A stretch of 27,874 nucleotides of DNA from Candidatus Sericytochromatia bacterium (lineage in GTDB: Bacteria; Cyanobacteriota; Sericytochromatia; S15B-MN24; UBA4093). Of this stretch, positions 7,336 through 16,629 are shown piece after piece. The stretch is from assembly GCA_036676985.1 (NCBI GenBank), contig JAKFBU010000042.1:1-27874 (forward strand), read 5' to 3'. Position numbers and translations under genes: made by a program. Under the pieces are notes generated by a model that saw only the letters and a list, made by a program, of their open reading frames with translations, had not been told where the DNA came from and searched no databases. Position 1 is the first letter of the stretch. Each line of letters begins with the position of its first letter.

Positions 7336-8622
7336 TCAAGCACCACGAGCGCTTTCAGCAGGCTTCCCGACCCGTCCAGCCGCAGCCATGCCGCGGCGCT
7401 CGTCGACCCTTCGAAGTAACCATAACCCCAGCACGAAGAAGGCGCCCGTCGAGAGCATGGCCACCTTCTGGTTGCCGCCCGATACATACGCGAGCAGGCC
7501 GTAGCTGAGCGGGCCCAGCACGGCCGACAGCTTCACGGCGAGCCCCCAGAGCCCGAAGAACTCGGCCTCCCGCCCCGGCGGCGTGAAGCGCCCGATGAGC
7601 GCTCGCCCTGCCGACTGGCACGATCCCAGCGCGAGCCCGATGAGGGTCGCCGCCGCCCAGAAGGCCGGCACGCTGCTAGAAAAGTAGGCGATCGCGATCG
7701 CCACGATCCACCCCCCGAGCGTCAGCGACAGCGCCGGCACCGACCCGACCCGGTCCTGCAAGGCCCCCACCCCGAACGCCCCCACGGCCGCCGCCAAGTT
7801 GACCACGAGGATCAGCACCAGGCTGTGCTCGACCGTGAAGCCCATGACCACCTGCGCGTACACCGCGGCGATGACGACCACCGTGTAGAGGCCCGCGTTA
7901 TAGGCCACCAACGCCGGCAAGAAGCGAAACAGGTCCTGGAACCGGACGGCCTCCTCGACGGTGGCTCCCAGGCGCCTGAAGACGGCACCGATCCCCCCGG
8001 CAGGCCCGGGGACCCCGCGCTCCTCAAGCCAAAGCAGGCTCGGAAGGGCCGCGAGCCCATAGATCGTCGCCACGATGAGCAGGACGTACGGCACATACTC
8101 CGGGGCCGCCAGACCCCGCGCCTGGGCCCACGTCACCACGACGATGCACAGCCCCAGCGTGAGCAGGCCGCCGAGGTAGCCGACGGTCCAGCCGATACCC
8201 GAGAGGCGCCCGAGATCCGACGGCGGCGCCAGCTCGGGCAAAAAGGCGGCGATGAGGTCCTCGGCCGTCCCGAAGCAGAGGTTGGACCCGATCACCAGGA
8301 CCACCGCCGCCCAGGGCGCTACGGCCCACCCCAGGAGCGCGGTCGCGACGAGGCACCCCACGGTCGCCACGAGCAGGTAGCGCTTTTTGGCCGCGCGGTG
8401 GTCCGCCTGGGCCCCCACCACCGGGGCGGAGACGAGCACGAGCAGGTTCGAGACGGCGATCGCCGTCGTCCAGAGCAGCGTCGCGCCCCCGGGCCCCAGG
8501 TCCGCCGCCACCTCCCGCACGAAGTACGCGCTGTAGATCGCCGTCAGCACCACCGTCGCGTAGCCCGAGTTCGCAAAGTCGTAGAAGGCCCAGGCCCAGC
8601 GCTCCCGGCCCATGGCGATCAT
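7336..8622 (-). CDS. MFS transporter (UMF1/Atg22-like)
   Basis: The real start is MIAMGRERWAWAFYDFANSGY (ATG at 8622, ATGA overlap with the upstream stop), not the 784-aa track ORF. WAFYDFANS is typical of this MFS family. About 12 hydrophobic segments, with motifs AFLPELA...LSGIGWTVGYLGG and EFFGLWGL. Confidence 0.88.
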   Translation of the reverse strand: MIAMGRERWAWAFYDFANSGYATVVLTAIYSAYFVREVAADLGPGGATLLWTTAIAVSNLLVLVSAPVVGAQADHRAAKKRYLLVATVGCLVATALLGWAVAPWAAVVLVIGSNLCFGTAEDLIAAFLPELAPPSDLGRLSGIGWTVGYLGGLLTLGLCIVVVTWAQARGLAAPEYVPYVLLIVATIYGLAALPSLLWLEERGVPGPAGGIGAVFRRLGATVEEAVRFQDLFRFLPALVAYNAGLYTVVVIAAVYAQVVMGFTVEHSLVLILVVNLAAAVGAFGVGALQDRVGSVPALSLTLGGWIVAIAIAYFSSSVPAFWAAATLIGLALGSCQSAGRALIGRFTPPGREAEFFGLWGLAVKLSAVLGPLSYGLLAYVSGGNQKVAMLSTGAFFVLGLWLLRRVDERRGMAAAGRVGKPAESARGA

Positions 8623-9773
8623 GGGGGCCCCAGCCGGCGTTCCATCAAGATGGCCTCCAGGGCACAAGACAGACGCCACGCATCCCGGATGCCGAGCCCC
8701 CGGATATCCACATGTTGCAGGCCCCGGAGCAGGAAGAGGCGCGCCTGGTACGACGGCACCGCGCGGTCGAGCCGGATGCTCTCCGTGTAGGGGATGATGG
8801 TGTCGTCCTCGCCGTGGATGAGGATGAGCCGCGCCCGGAGGTCGGACAGGCCCCGGCGCGAGAGGTCCAGGGCCTGCATGTCGCTCCAGATGCCCGCGGG
8901 CAAGGCCTCGAGGAGCGCCGGGGTGCGCTCCGGGTCCGTGTTGCTCAAGAGCTCGTAAAGCGATCGCCCCTCCGCTTCCAGCCGCATGGCCAGCTCCTCG
9001 ATGGGCGCCTTGGGATCGCTGATGCGGCGCTCGGCCATCTGCGTCAGCGTACTGCGATCGGGCTCGCTGAAGCGATCGACGTTGCTCAGGACGAAGACCC
9101 ACTTGCCGTAGTCGTTGGGAGCCAGGTAGCGCCAGGGCTCCGTCGGCTCGAGCCGGTAATACCCCGTCGTGAAGAACCGGATGACGTTGGTGATGTCGTA
9201 GTAGCCCCCGATCCCGTACACGAATCGCACCTGGTCCCGCAGCTCGGGCTGCATGGCCGCGAGGATCGCCGGCCCGACGGCATAGCTGTGGCCCCCGATG
9301 CCCACCCGGCCCTCCGGTGCCAGCTCCCGCCGGGAGGCGAGGTAGGTGAAGGCGTCGGCCACCTCCTGGATGTCCGAGGGGCGCACCTTGAGGTCTCGCA
9401 CGCCGGTCATGTCGGGCACCAGGACCGCGAAGCGCACCCGCGCGAGCGTGTAGGCGAGCGACACGAGGCGCGGGTCGTCCTTGCCCTTCTGGGCGGCCCC
9501 CGGCACGAGCACGATGGCCGCCTGGGGCGCCGCGCTCAGGCGGTAGAGATCCCCCGTGTAGAAGCGCCCGTCCACCGTGTAGTCCACCAGGCGCCGGTCC
9601 GGCCAGGGCGTGATCTGCTTGAGGCGGCTCGGGCCCTGTCCCGCCGACAGGTCTGCCAGCATCAGGAGGGACTCGTAGCTCGGCACGCACATGGGCTCGG
9701 TTACGGCCGTGATCGGCGCGCAGCCGACCAAGAGCGCCAGGGCGAGCCCCCAGAGGCGCTCCAGCGGCCTCAT
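8619..9773 (-). CDS. Alpha/beta-hydrolase fold lipoprotein (putative lipase/esterase)
   Basis: Start MRPLERLWGLALALLVGC (lipobox, ATGA overlap at 9770-9773). Oxyanion-region IVLVPGA, nucleophile elbow GIGGHSYAVG, acid in LIHGEDDTII, and His in LQHVD. Confidence 0.8.
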   Translation of the reverse strand: MRPLERLWGLALALLVGCAPITAVTEPMCVPSYESLLMLADLSAGQGPSRLKQITPWPDRRLVDYTVDGRFYTGDLYRLSAAPQAAIVLVPGAAQKGKDDPRLVSLAYTLARVRFAVLVPDMTGVRDLKVRPSDIQEVADAFTYLASRRELAPEGRVGIGGHSYAVGPAILAAMQPELRDQVRFVYGIGGYYDITNVIRFFTTGYYRLEPTEPWRYLAPNDYGKWVFVLSNVDRFSEPDRSTLTQMAERRISDPKAPIEELAMRLEAEGRSLYELLSNTDPERTPALLEALPAGIWSDMQALDLSRRGLSDLRARLILIHGEDDTIIPYTESIRLDRAVPSYQARLFLLRGLQHVDIRGLGIRDAWRLSCALEAILMERRLGPP

Positions 9774-12568
9774 CCCGGGTCCCCCCGCTCGAGCGCGAGC
9801 TCTCCCGAATGGAGCAGGACGGCCTCGTAGGCGGCGTCCCGCAGCCGGGCAGCAGCCGCCAGGTCGCGCCCCGTGGGCCGGATCGGCTGCTCGATCGTCA
9901 GGTGCACCGCTCCGCGCCGCACGAACTTCGAACGGGCCCTGAGCAGGGAGCGCGTCCCCCGTAGCGCCATGGGCACCACCGGCACCCCGGCCTCGGCGGC
10001 CACCACGAACGCCCCCAGCCGAAACGGCCTCAAGCCGGGCTCGCGCACGAACCCGCCCTCCGCGAAGACGAAGAGCGAGTCTCCCGCCCGCAGCGGCTGC
10101 AGGAGGGCGCGGGCGTCCTCGATCGCCCGTTGGGCCTCCTGGCGCTCGACGTACCGGACGCCCAGGCGATCGAAGGGAATCCGCGTGAGCCAATGCCGGG
10201 CGAACTCGCGCTTGGCCACGTAAGTCATCTCGGGCGGCATGGTCGCCATGAGCACGATGGCGTCGAAGTAGCTCGCATGGTTGGCCACCAGCACGCACGG
10301 CGGACAACCCGCCAGGTGCTCGCGGCCATGGACGAAGACGCGCAGGCCATACAGCCGGAGCAGCAAGCGGCAGAGCGCCTTCACGAATCCCCGGCGCCAG
10401 GACCTTCGGGGCAAGAGCACCGTCACGAGCCACCCGACAGGGGCCACGAGCCAGAAGACGAGCCAGGCGTACGCCGAGTACAGCACGTCGAGCGCATTAC
10501 GGGCGCCCCGCCTAAGGCCTGGCCCCAGGCCCGCGAGTCCGAGGCTTGCGACCTGCAGCCAGACCGCCCGACCGCCCGCGAGCTCGCCCCGCTCGTACAG
10601 CTCCCGGGTCGCCGAGCGCCGTATCTTGCCGCTCGAGGTCTTGAGCACCGCATGGGGCGGCGCGAGCACCACCTCGTCCGGCGGCTCGCCCAATCGCTCG
10701 ATCGTGAGGTCCCGGATGTGCTGCACGAGGTGCTTTCGCTCCTCGGGACGGTCCTCACGCGTCTCGGCGATGACCACCAGCCGCTCGGTCCCCGCGTCCG
10801 CCACCCCGATGACCGCCACGCAGCCCTTGCGGATGCCCGGCACGTCGCCGATCGCCTCCTCCAGCTCGTAGGGATAGACGTTGCGGCCGCCCCGGATGAT
10901 GACGTCCTTGACCCGCCCCGTCACGTAGACGTCGCCCCCCGCCAGGTAGGCGAGGTCCCCCGAGTCCAGCCAGCCGTCTCTAAACAGGCCCCGGGTGGCC
11001 TCGGGGTTGCGGAAGTAGCCGCTCGTGCAGGACGGCCCCCGGAACTCCAGGCGCCCCACTTGTCGCTCGGGCAGCTCGCGTCCCCACGCATCCACGATCC
11101 TCAGCTGATGCCCCGGCAAGGGCTGGCCACAGGCCACCATGCGCACGGCGTCCGGATCCTCGGGTGATGCGACCACGGCCCGGCCTTCCCGGAGCAGGGC
11201 TTCGCGCCGGACCCGATCGATCACCGGGCCGCGTCCCGGCGGCGGAAAGGCCAGCCCGACCGAGGACTCGGCGAGCCCGTAGACCGGAGCGAGGGCCTCA
11301 CGCTTGAAGCCGTAGGACCGGAACCGCTCGGCGAAGTGCTCCAGGGTCTCCGGGCTCACGGGCTCCGCACCGTTCACCGCCATGCGCCAGCTCCCGAGCT
11401 CCAGGCCCTCGAGCACCTCGGGCTTGAGACGCCGCGCGCAGATCTCGTAGGCGAAGTTGGGCGCCGCCGAGAGCGTGCCCCGGTAGCGATGGAGGGCCCA
11501 CAGCCAGCGCTCGGGTCGCGCGAGGAACTGCAAGGGCGAGAGCAGGACGAGCGGCATCCGGTAGTACAGGCTGCCGAGCCACGCCCCGATGAGCCCCATG
11601 TCGTGGTACAGGGGCAGCCAGCTCACGAACACGTCGCCCGGCCCGACCCGGGCCACCTCGCCCATGGCCCGGATGTTGGCGAGCAGGTTGGCATGCGTGA
11701 GGACGACCCCCTTGGGGCTCCCGGTACTGCCCGAGGTGTACTGCAGAAAGGCCACGTCCTCGGCATGCGGGCGTAGGCGCGCCGCCTCGCGTCCCCGCAG
11801 GGCCGTAACGGTCTCGATGGCCCGCAGGCTCTCCACGTTGGCCTGGAGGAGCCGTGCTAGGGAGCGCACCTCGGGCACCGAGACGAGCAGCGAGGCCCGG
11901 GCGTTCCGGAGGATGCCCGCCTGGCGCCTCAGGTGCTCCTCGAGCTGGGACGGTCGGAAGGGCGGGTAGATGGGCACGGGCACGAGCCCGGCCAGGAGCG
12001 CCCCGAAGAAGGCCTCCAGGTACTCGACGCCCGTGGGCAGCATGACGGCCACCGTCTCTCCCGGCTGCAGCCCCCGTGCCTGGAGGCCCGCCGCCACCTC
12101 GGAGGCTCCCGTCAGGAGCTCCCGGTACGTCAGCGCCACCTCTCCGGCATCCGTCTGCAGGTGGACGTGCACTCTGTCCGGATGGGACGCCGCGTGCCAC
12201 TCCAGGACCTCCACGAGGGTCCGGGCATGGGCCGGGACCTCGCCCGCGGGCTCCGCGCGGAGGAACGCCACCCGCAGCTCCTCCGCGGCGACCCCGCCGG
12301 GCCGGGCGGCCAACAGGGCCCGCAGGACGTCCCCCAGGGTCTCGGCCGTGACGAGGAGCTGCTCCGGCAGGCGCACGCCGAACCCCGCCTCGACCTTGTG
12401 CAGCAGCTCCGTGCGCCCGAGGCTGTCCAGCCCCAGGTCCCGCTCCAGGGAGCTTTCGAGCGTCACCGGCCGCGGCCGCCCTCGCGGGTGCAGACCGGCC
12501 TGCAGCTCCCGGATGAGCTCCAGGAGCCGGGGCACGGCGACCTCCACCTCGGGACGCTGCGGGGCCAT
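9770..12568 (-). CDS. Trifunctional ACP - fatty acyl-AMP ligase - 1-acyl-glycerophosphate (PlsC-type) acyltransferase
   Basis: N-terminal carrier domain DLGLDSLGRTEL (phosphopantetheine Ser). FAAL motifs FLQYTSGSTGSPKG, SWLPLYHDMGLIG, YGLAE, DSGDL, GRVKD, KTSSGKIRR. A hydrophobic segment precedes the PlsC motifs NHASYFD (HX4D), FAEGG and GAF. Confidence 0.92.
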   Translation of the reverse strand: MAPQRPEVEVAVPRLLELIRELQAGLHPRGRPRPVTLESSLERDLGLDSLGRTELLHKVEAGFGVRLPEQLLVTAETLGDVLRALLAARPGGVAAEELRVAFLRAEPAGEVPAHARTLVEVLEWHAASHPDRVHVHLQTDAGEVALTYRELLTGASEVAAGLQARGLQPGETVAVMLPTGVEYLEAFFGALLAGLVPVPIYPPFRPSQLEEHLRRQAGILRNARASLLVSVPEVRSLARLLQANVESLRAIETVTALRGREAARLRPHAEDVAFLQYTSGSTGSPKGVVLTHANLLANIRAMGEVARVGPGDVFVSWLPLYHDMGLIGAWLGSLYYRMPLVLLSPLQFLARPERWLWALHRYRGTLSAAPNFAYEICARRLKPEVLEGLELGSWRMAVNGAEPVSPETLEHFAERFRSYGFKREALAPVYGLAESSVGLAFPPPGRGPVIDRVRREALLREGRAVVASPEDPDAVRMVACGQPLPGHQLRIVDAWGRELPERQVGRLEFRGPSCTSGYFRNPEATRGLFRDGWLDSGDLAYLAGGDVYVTGRVKDVIIRGGRNVYPYELEEAIGDVPGIRKGCVAVIGVADAGTERLVVIAETREDRPEERKHLVQHIRDLTIERLGEPPDEVVLAPPHAVLKTSSGKIRRSATRELYERGELAGGRAVWLQVASLGLAGLGPGLRRGARNALDVLYSAYAWLVFWLVAPVGWLVTVLLPRRSWRRGFVKALCRLLLRLYGLRVFVHGREHLAGCPPCVLVANHASYFDAIVLMATMPPEMTYVAKREFARHWLTRIPFDRLGVRYVERQEAQRAIEDARALLQPLRAGDSLFVFAEGGFVREPGLRPFRLGAFVVAAEAGVPVVPMALRGTRSLLRARSKFVRRGAVHLTIEQPIRPTGRDLAAAARLRDAAYEAVLLHSGELALERGDPG

Positions 12569-12574
12569 GGCGCG

Positions 12575-13363
12575 TCAGCGGAGGCCGATGGTCTTCCAGG
12601 CGTGGAGCGCGCCGTCGCTCCGGCGTGCCGTCTGGAGCGTGAGCTGGCCTGCCTGGCCCGCGATCCCGTCCTCGTCATTGGTCGTGTCGGGGGTGGCGCG
12701 GCCGCGGTAGTCCGGGTGCGAGCCCGTGATCTCGGCGCTCAGGCGGTCGTCGAAGACCAGCTGGGACGTGAGGGCCTCCTGGCCGCCGACGCGCACGGTG
12801 TAGTGCAGGTGGACCGTGCGTCCGGGGTACCATCCGGGGAAGACGCTGTCGAAGTCCACCCGGCCGCTCGCGTCCGTCACCTGGACGCCTCGCCCGTAGC
12901 GGGCCGCGCTCCCTCCCGAGTCCGTCCGGTTGCAGAAGCTGCCCGGTGCGAAGCCCGAGTAGTTGCCGCCCGGGCCCGCGTGCCAGACCTCCACCTCGGC
13001 GTTCGGGACCGGCTCGCAGCTGCCGGCGCGCACGACCCGCAGGGACAGCCGCATGGGCAGCCCCGCCATGCCCTCGCTGACGTCCCGCCGGGTGGGGGCC
13101 GGTACGCGGCAGGGGCCCGACGTGAACGAAGGCGTCAGGCCGCACGACTCGGCCGCTCCCGCGAAGGGATCCGGGTACGGGCCGCGCATGGCCGCCGTGC
13201 CGCCCGATGCCCACGCAGGTGCGGGGCCTTGCCTGATGGCCCGCTCCGAGGGGCCGTCGGGGCGGTTGCAGCCCGCCGGACCACTCCAGGCGAGCACGAA
13301 GACGACGATGCCCAGACCGACTTTCCACGCGTCAGGCCTGAACGACAGAGCCTCGCAAGACAT
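12575..13363 (-). CDS. Intradiol ring-cleavage dioxygenase-like protein, probably exported
   Basis: ATG at 13363 with GAGAGGG upstream (the track starts at 13396). Motifs GLPMRLSLRVV...C.P..NAEVEVWHA...GNYSG, GRGVQVTD..G.V.F.SVFPGWYPGRTVHLH and TSQLVFDD. Hydrophobic N-terminus ending in AGC. Confidence 0.82.
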   Translation of the reverse strand: MSCEALSFRPDAWKVGLGIVVFVLAWSGPAGCNRPDGPSERAIRQGPAPAWASGGTAAMRGPYPDPFAGAAESCGLTPSFTSGPCRVPAPTRRDVSEGMAGLPMRLSLRVVRAGSCEPVPNAEVEVWHAGPGGNYSGFAPGSFCNRTDSGGSAARYGRGVQVTDASGRVDFDSVFPGWYPGRTVHLHYTVRVGGQEALTSQLVFDDRLSAEITGSHPDYRGRATPDTTNDEDGIAGQAGQLTLQTARRSDGALHAWKTIGLR

Positions 13364-13508
13364 TCCGCAACCCTCTCGCAAGCGGCGGGACGGCACCCGA
13401 GCGGCCGTCTCCTGGAGCCATGCTCACGATACGCACGGGCCATGGTCATGCAATCGGCTAACGTGGTCAACAAGTTATCGGGGCAAGCGTCGAGCCGGGA
13501 AAGCGGCG

Positions 13509-14993
13509 TCAGCCCTGGATCGAGACGCGGGACTCGAGCGGCAGCGTGAACCAGAAGCACGCGCCCTTGCCTGGTCCGTCGCTCTTGGCCCCGACGTGTC
13601 CGCCGTGCGCCTCGACGAGCGCCTTGCTGATGGACAGCCCGAGGCCCGTGCCGCCGACGCGCCGGGTCGAGCTCATGTCGAACTGCGTGAACGGCCGGAA
13701 CAGGAGGTCGAAGTGCTTGGGATCGATGCCCACGCCCTGGTCCTCGACCTCCACCCGCACCTCGTGGTCCAAGACCCGGGCCCGCACCTGGATCCCCCCG
13801 CCTTCGGGGCTGAACTTCACGGCGTTGCTCAGGAGGTTTATGAGCACCTGCCCCACCCGCTGCGGATCCCCGATGAGATCCGGCAGCTCCGGCACGTCGA
13901 TGGACACCTCGAGCCCCGACTTGTCGGCCAGGGGCTGGATGGTGGCCACCGCTTCGCGGATGATCGCCTCCAGGTCCACCACCCCCAGCGTCAGCGTGAA
14001 CTTGCCCGCCTGGATGCGGCTCATGTCGAGCAGGTCGTTGACCAGATTCAGGAGCAGATCGGCGCCGCCCAGGAGCTTCTGGAGGTAGAACTGCTGCTGC
14101 TCCGAGAGCGGGCCCGCCAGCCCGTCCTGCAGGATGCTGCCGAACCCCGTGATGGCGTTGATCGGTGTGCGCAGCTCGTGCGACAGGATGCTCAGGAACT
14201 GGTCCTTGAGCTCGTCCATGCGCCGCCGCTCGGTCACGTCGCGCACGATGGCGGTCGTGAGCAGACCCTCGTCCGGCGTCTCCATCGGGCTCAGGGCGAT
14301 CTCGACCGGGAACTCCGAGCCGTCCTTGCGCAGCCCCGCGAGCGGCAGCCCGGCCCCCATGGGGCGGGTGCGCGGGTGGGCGAAGTAACCCTCCCGGTGG
14401 CCCACGTGCCCCGTCCGGAAGCGGTCGGGGACCAGCATCTCGATGCGCTGGCCCAGGAGCTCCTCGCGGGTGTAGCCGAAGAGCTCGACCATCTGGGCGT
14501 TGGCGTAGACGATGCGACCTTGCCGATCGACGGTCACGATGCCGTCCGGCGCCGCCTCGAGCAGGTTGCGGTAGCGATCCTCGCTGAGGCGCAGCTGGTG
14601 GTCGACCCGGTGACGATCCGAGACGTCCCGGAAGATGGAGAGGACGAACCGCCCGGACTCCGTCTCGAGCGGGAAGCAAGTGACTTCCGCGGGGAGGTCG
14701 CCGCCGTCCTTGCGGCGCCCCATGAGGGGCACGCGCGGCCCCCCCTTTCCGATCTGCGGCTGCTCCAGGGCGGCGGTGTGCAGCTGGACGTAACCGGGAC
14801 GCGACGTCTCAGGGACGAGCACCCCGAGCGACTGACCAAGCAGCTCGCCCGATTGGTAGCCGAACATGGCCTCGGCCTGCTGGTTGGCGAAGACGATGAC
14901 GCCCTGGGCATCGGTGATGACGTAGCCACTCGGAGCCGCTGTCAGCACCTGGCGAAATGTTTGCTCGTTGAAGGGGAACTCCGGCTGCGCCAT
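13509..14993 (-). CDS. Cytoplasmic PAS-PAS sensor histidine kinase (HisKA + HATPase_c)
   Basis: GAGAGGAG RBS. Two PAS domains (AAP.G....D..G.IV.AN...FGY..ELLGQ.....LVP...RKDG..FP.E). H-box SHELRTP, N-box NLLSNAVKF, G1 EDQGVGI, G2 GGTGLGLSI. Confidence 0.95.
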   Translation of the reverse strand: MAQPEFPFNEQTFRQVLTAAPSGYVITDAQGVIVFANQQAEAMFGYQSGELLGQSLGVLVPETSRPGYVQLHTAALEQPQIGKGGPRVPLMGRRKDGGDLPAEVTCFPLETESGRFVLSIFRDVSDRHRVDHQLRLSEDRYRNLLEAAPDGIVTVDRQGRIVYANAQMVELFGYTREELLGQRIEMLVPDRFRTGHVGHREGYFAHPRTRPMGAGLPLAGLRKDGSEFPVEIALSPMETPDEGLLTTAIVRDVTERRRMDELKDQFLSILSHELRTPINAITGFGSILQDGLAGPLSEQQQFYLQKLLGGADLLLNLVNDLLDMSRIQAGKFTLTLGVVDLEAIIREAVATIQPLADKSGLEVSIDVPELPDLIGDPQRVGQVLINLLSNAVKFSPEGGGIQVRARVLDHEVRVEVEDQGVGIDPKHFDLLFRPFTQFDMSSTRRVGGTGLGLSISKALVEAHGGHVGAKSDGPGKGACFWFTLPLESRVSIQG

Positions 14994-15280
14994 CTACGCG
15001 ACTCCTCTCACCGACACCAGCATACCGCCTCTTCGGTCACGTTCGTAGTCCGCCGCGACCGAGAAGTCCGTTCGGACCCGCCATGGATGCTCCGGTCCGG
15101 GGGCGCCAGCGGCGCATGGCGGCTGAGTCGGAGCCGGTCCCGCGGCGTGGGGGCGGAGCGCAACGGATCCCCTCCAGCACCAAATCGCGGGTCCATCCTC
15201 AAGACGCGGCACCCTATCGTCCCCCCACCGGGCTCGGTCGAAGCCAGAATCCTCATGCACGCATGTCATCCTGGCAGGGG

Positions 15281-15300
15281 TATAATATTATTGCTTTATA
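15281..15300 (+). promoter_or_regulatory. AT-rich divergent promoter region with consensus -10 TATAAT
   Basis: TATAATATTATTGCTTTATA sits in otherwise very GC-rich DNA between the divergent kinase and propeller-lipoprotein genes. It contains the palindrome ATAATATTAT. Confidence 0.55.
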
Positions 15301-15341
15301 AGGCTGCATTTTAGTGTCACCCAATGACATCGAGGCAAGAC

Positions 15342-16619
15342 ATGCGACGAAACTCCCGCGGTACCGCATCCACCCGAGACGGACGGCCCCGAGCGGCCGT
15401 GGTCCTGCTACTGGCCACCCTGGTCGGCGGCTGCTCGCCTGCAGGCTTCTTCGCCACGATTGGCCGGGCCACCCCCTCGCCCTTGGGCGGCGCCTTCATC
15501 GGCGGCAGGATGGGCCAGGAGGTCGAGCCGCCGCTCGAAACCGGGGGCGGTATCCATGCCGTCTCGCCCGATCCCCATCTGCTTCACCCGGCGAACATGT
15601 ACTTCTCGAGCCACAGTCGGACCTTCCTCTGGCTCTCCGACTCCGGCGACACCCTGATGGCAGCGGAGCTGGACGGCCAAGCGCGCGAGCTCGCTCCCTA
15701 CAACCGATCGGGTTACATGGCGCTGCCGCCGCTCTGGAGCGCGGATGGTCGGTCCGTGATCATCAGGCAGTACCCCACACGCCCGAGGGGCGGCTACGCC
15801 GAGGGCCTTCCCCTCCAGGCCTTCCGCATCGGCTTGCAGGACGGTGCCTCGAGCGTCATCGGGACCATCGCCCCGGACTGGTACCTCGACGCCATTCCGG
15901 ATGGCTCGGGCATCTGGACCACTCGTCCCATCGAGGCGTCCCAGCGCCCCCCGGACGTCATGAACAACGAGCAGCGCAACCTGTATGTCCAGCTGCCCGG
16001 CCAAGCGGCGACCGTGGAGCTGGCCATGGGCGGACCGGGCTTCGGCTCCTGGAGCCCCGACGGGCAGGCCTTCGCCTACTTCGAGTATCCGAACCAGGAC
16101 CCGCGGCAGGGCATGGACCTCCGGCTCTACGATCGTCAGAGCAAGGCCTCGCGCACCGTCCATCACCTCGATAGCAACCCCTTCACCTACGGTCCGCCCA
16201 ACTTTCAGTGGTCCGGCCGGCGCCTGGCCTTCAGCGTCCAGGCTCCGCCCGACTGGAAGTCGCTCACCGTGCATTCCGTCAACGTGGACGACGGTCAGAG
16301 TCAGGTGCGAACCTTCACGCTGCCGCTCGGCGCGAATGACGTCCTCAACAAGCTCGTCTTCTCGCCGGACCTCGAGCAGGTGGCCTACGAGGTGTCGGAG
16401 ACCGTGGCGTACCAATCCGGGAAGGCCAGCGGCACGCGCCTCGAGTCGAGAGGCATCCGGGTGTTCTCGCTGAGCGACAGCCAGGTCGTTTCACTGTCCC
16501 CGCGCGGCCGGATCGTGTGCTGGTTGCCGGGCGGTCAGGACCTGATCGCCACCACCGGGCGGGAGGATGACACCCGGTTCTACCGGATCGACGTGCCCGC
16601 GGGCACCGGCAAGCAGTAG
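15342..16619 (+). CDS. TolB-like (PD40/WD40-like) beta-propeller lipoprotein
   Basis: Probable ATG at 15342 after GAGG (the track starts at 15324). Lipobox LVGGC. Repeated blade motifs LWSADG, SWSPDG, QWSG, VFSPD, CWLPGG. Confidence 0.78.
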   Translation: MRRNSRGTASTRDGRPRAAVVLLLATLVGGCSPAGFFATIGRATPSPLGGAFIGGRMGQEVEPPLETGGGIHAVSPDPHLLHPANMYFSSHSRTFLWLSDSGDTLMAAELDGQARELAPYNRSGYMALPPLWSADGRSVIIRQYPTRPRGGYAEGLPLQAFRIGLQDGASSVIGTIAPDWYLDAIPDGSGIWTTRPIEASQRPPDVMNNEQRNLYVQLPGQAATVELAMGGPGFGSWSPDGQAFAYFEYPNQDPRQGMDLRLYDRQSKASRTVHHLDSNPFTYGPPNFQWSGRRLAFSVQAPPDWKSLTVHSVNVDDGQSQVRTFTLPLGANDVLNKLVFSPDLEQVAYEVSETVAYQSGKASGTRLESRGIRVFSLSDSQVVSLSPRGRIVCWLPGGQDLIATTGREDDTRFYRIDVPAGTGKQ

Positions 16620-16629
16620 GGGGCCCCAG

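Noticed and set aside
8623-9690. N-terminal extension making the MFS a 784-aa fusion
   Set aside because: The extension is an off-frame reading of the hydrolase gene. The ATGA overlap at 8619-8622 gives a normal-sized MFS.
9774-10433. N-terminal extension making the hydrolase 604 aa
   Set aside because: It overlaps the PlsC domain in another frame. A signal peptide with lipobox begins at the ATG at 9773.
7336-14993. Minus-strand block as a horizontally acquired island (appears more G/C-extreme)
   Set aside because: This is an impression only. There is no integrase, tRNA or flanking direct repeat, and I cannot compute codon or k-mer statistics to support it.
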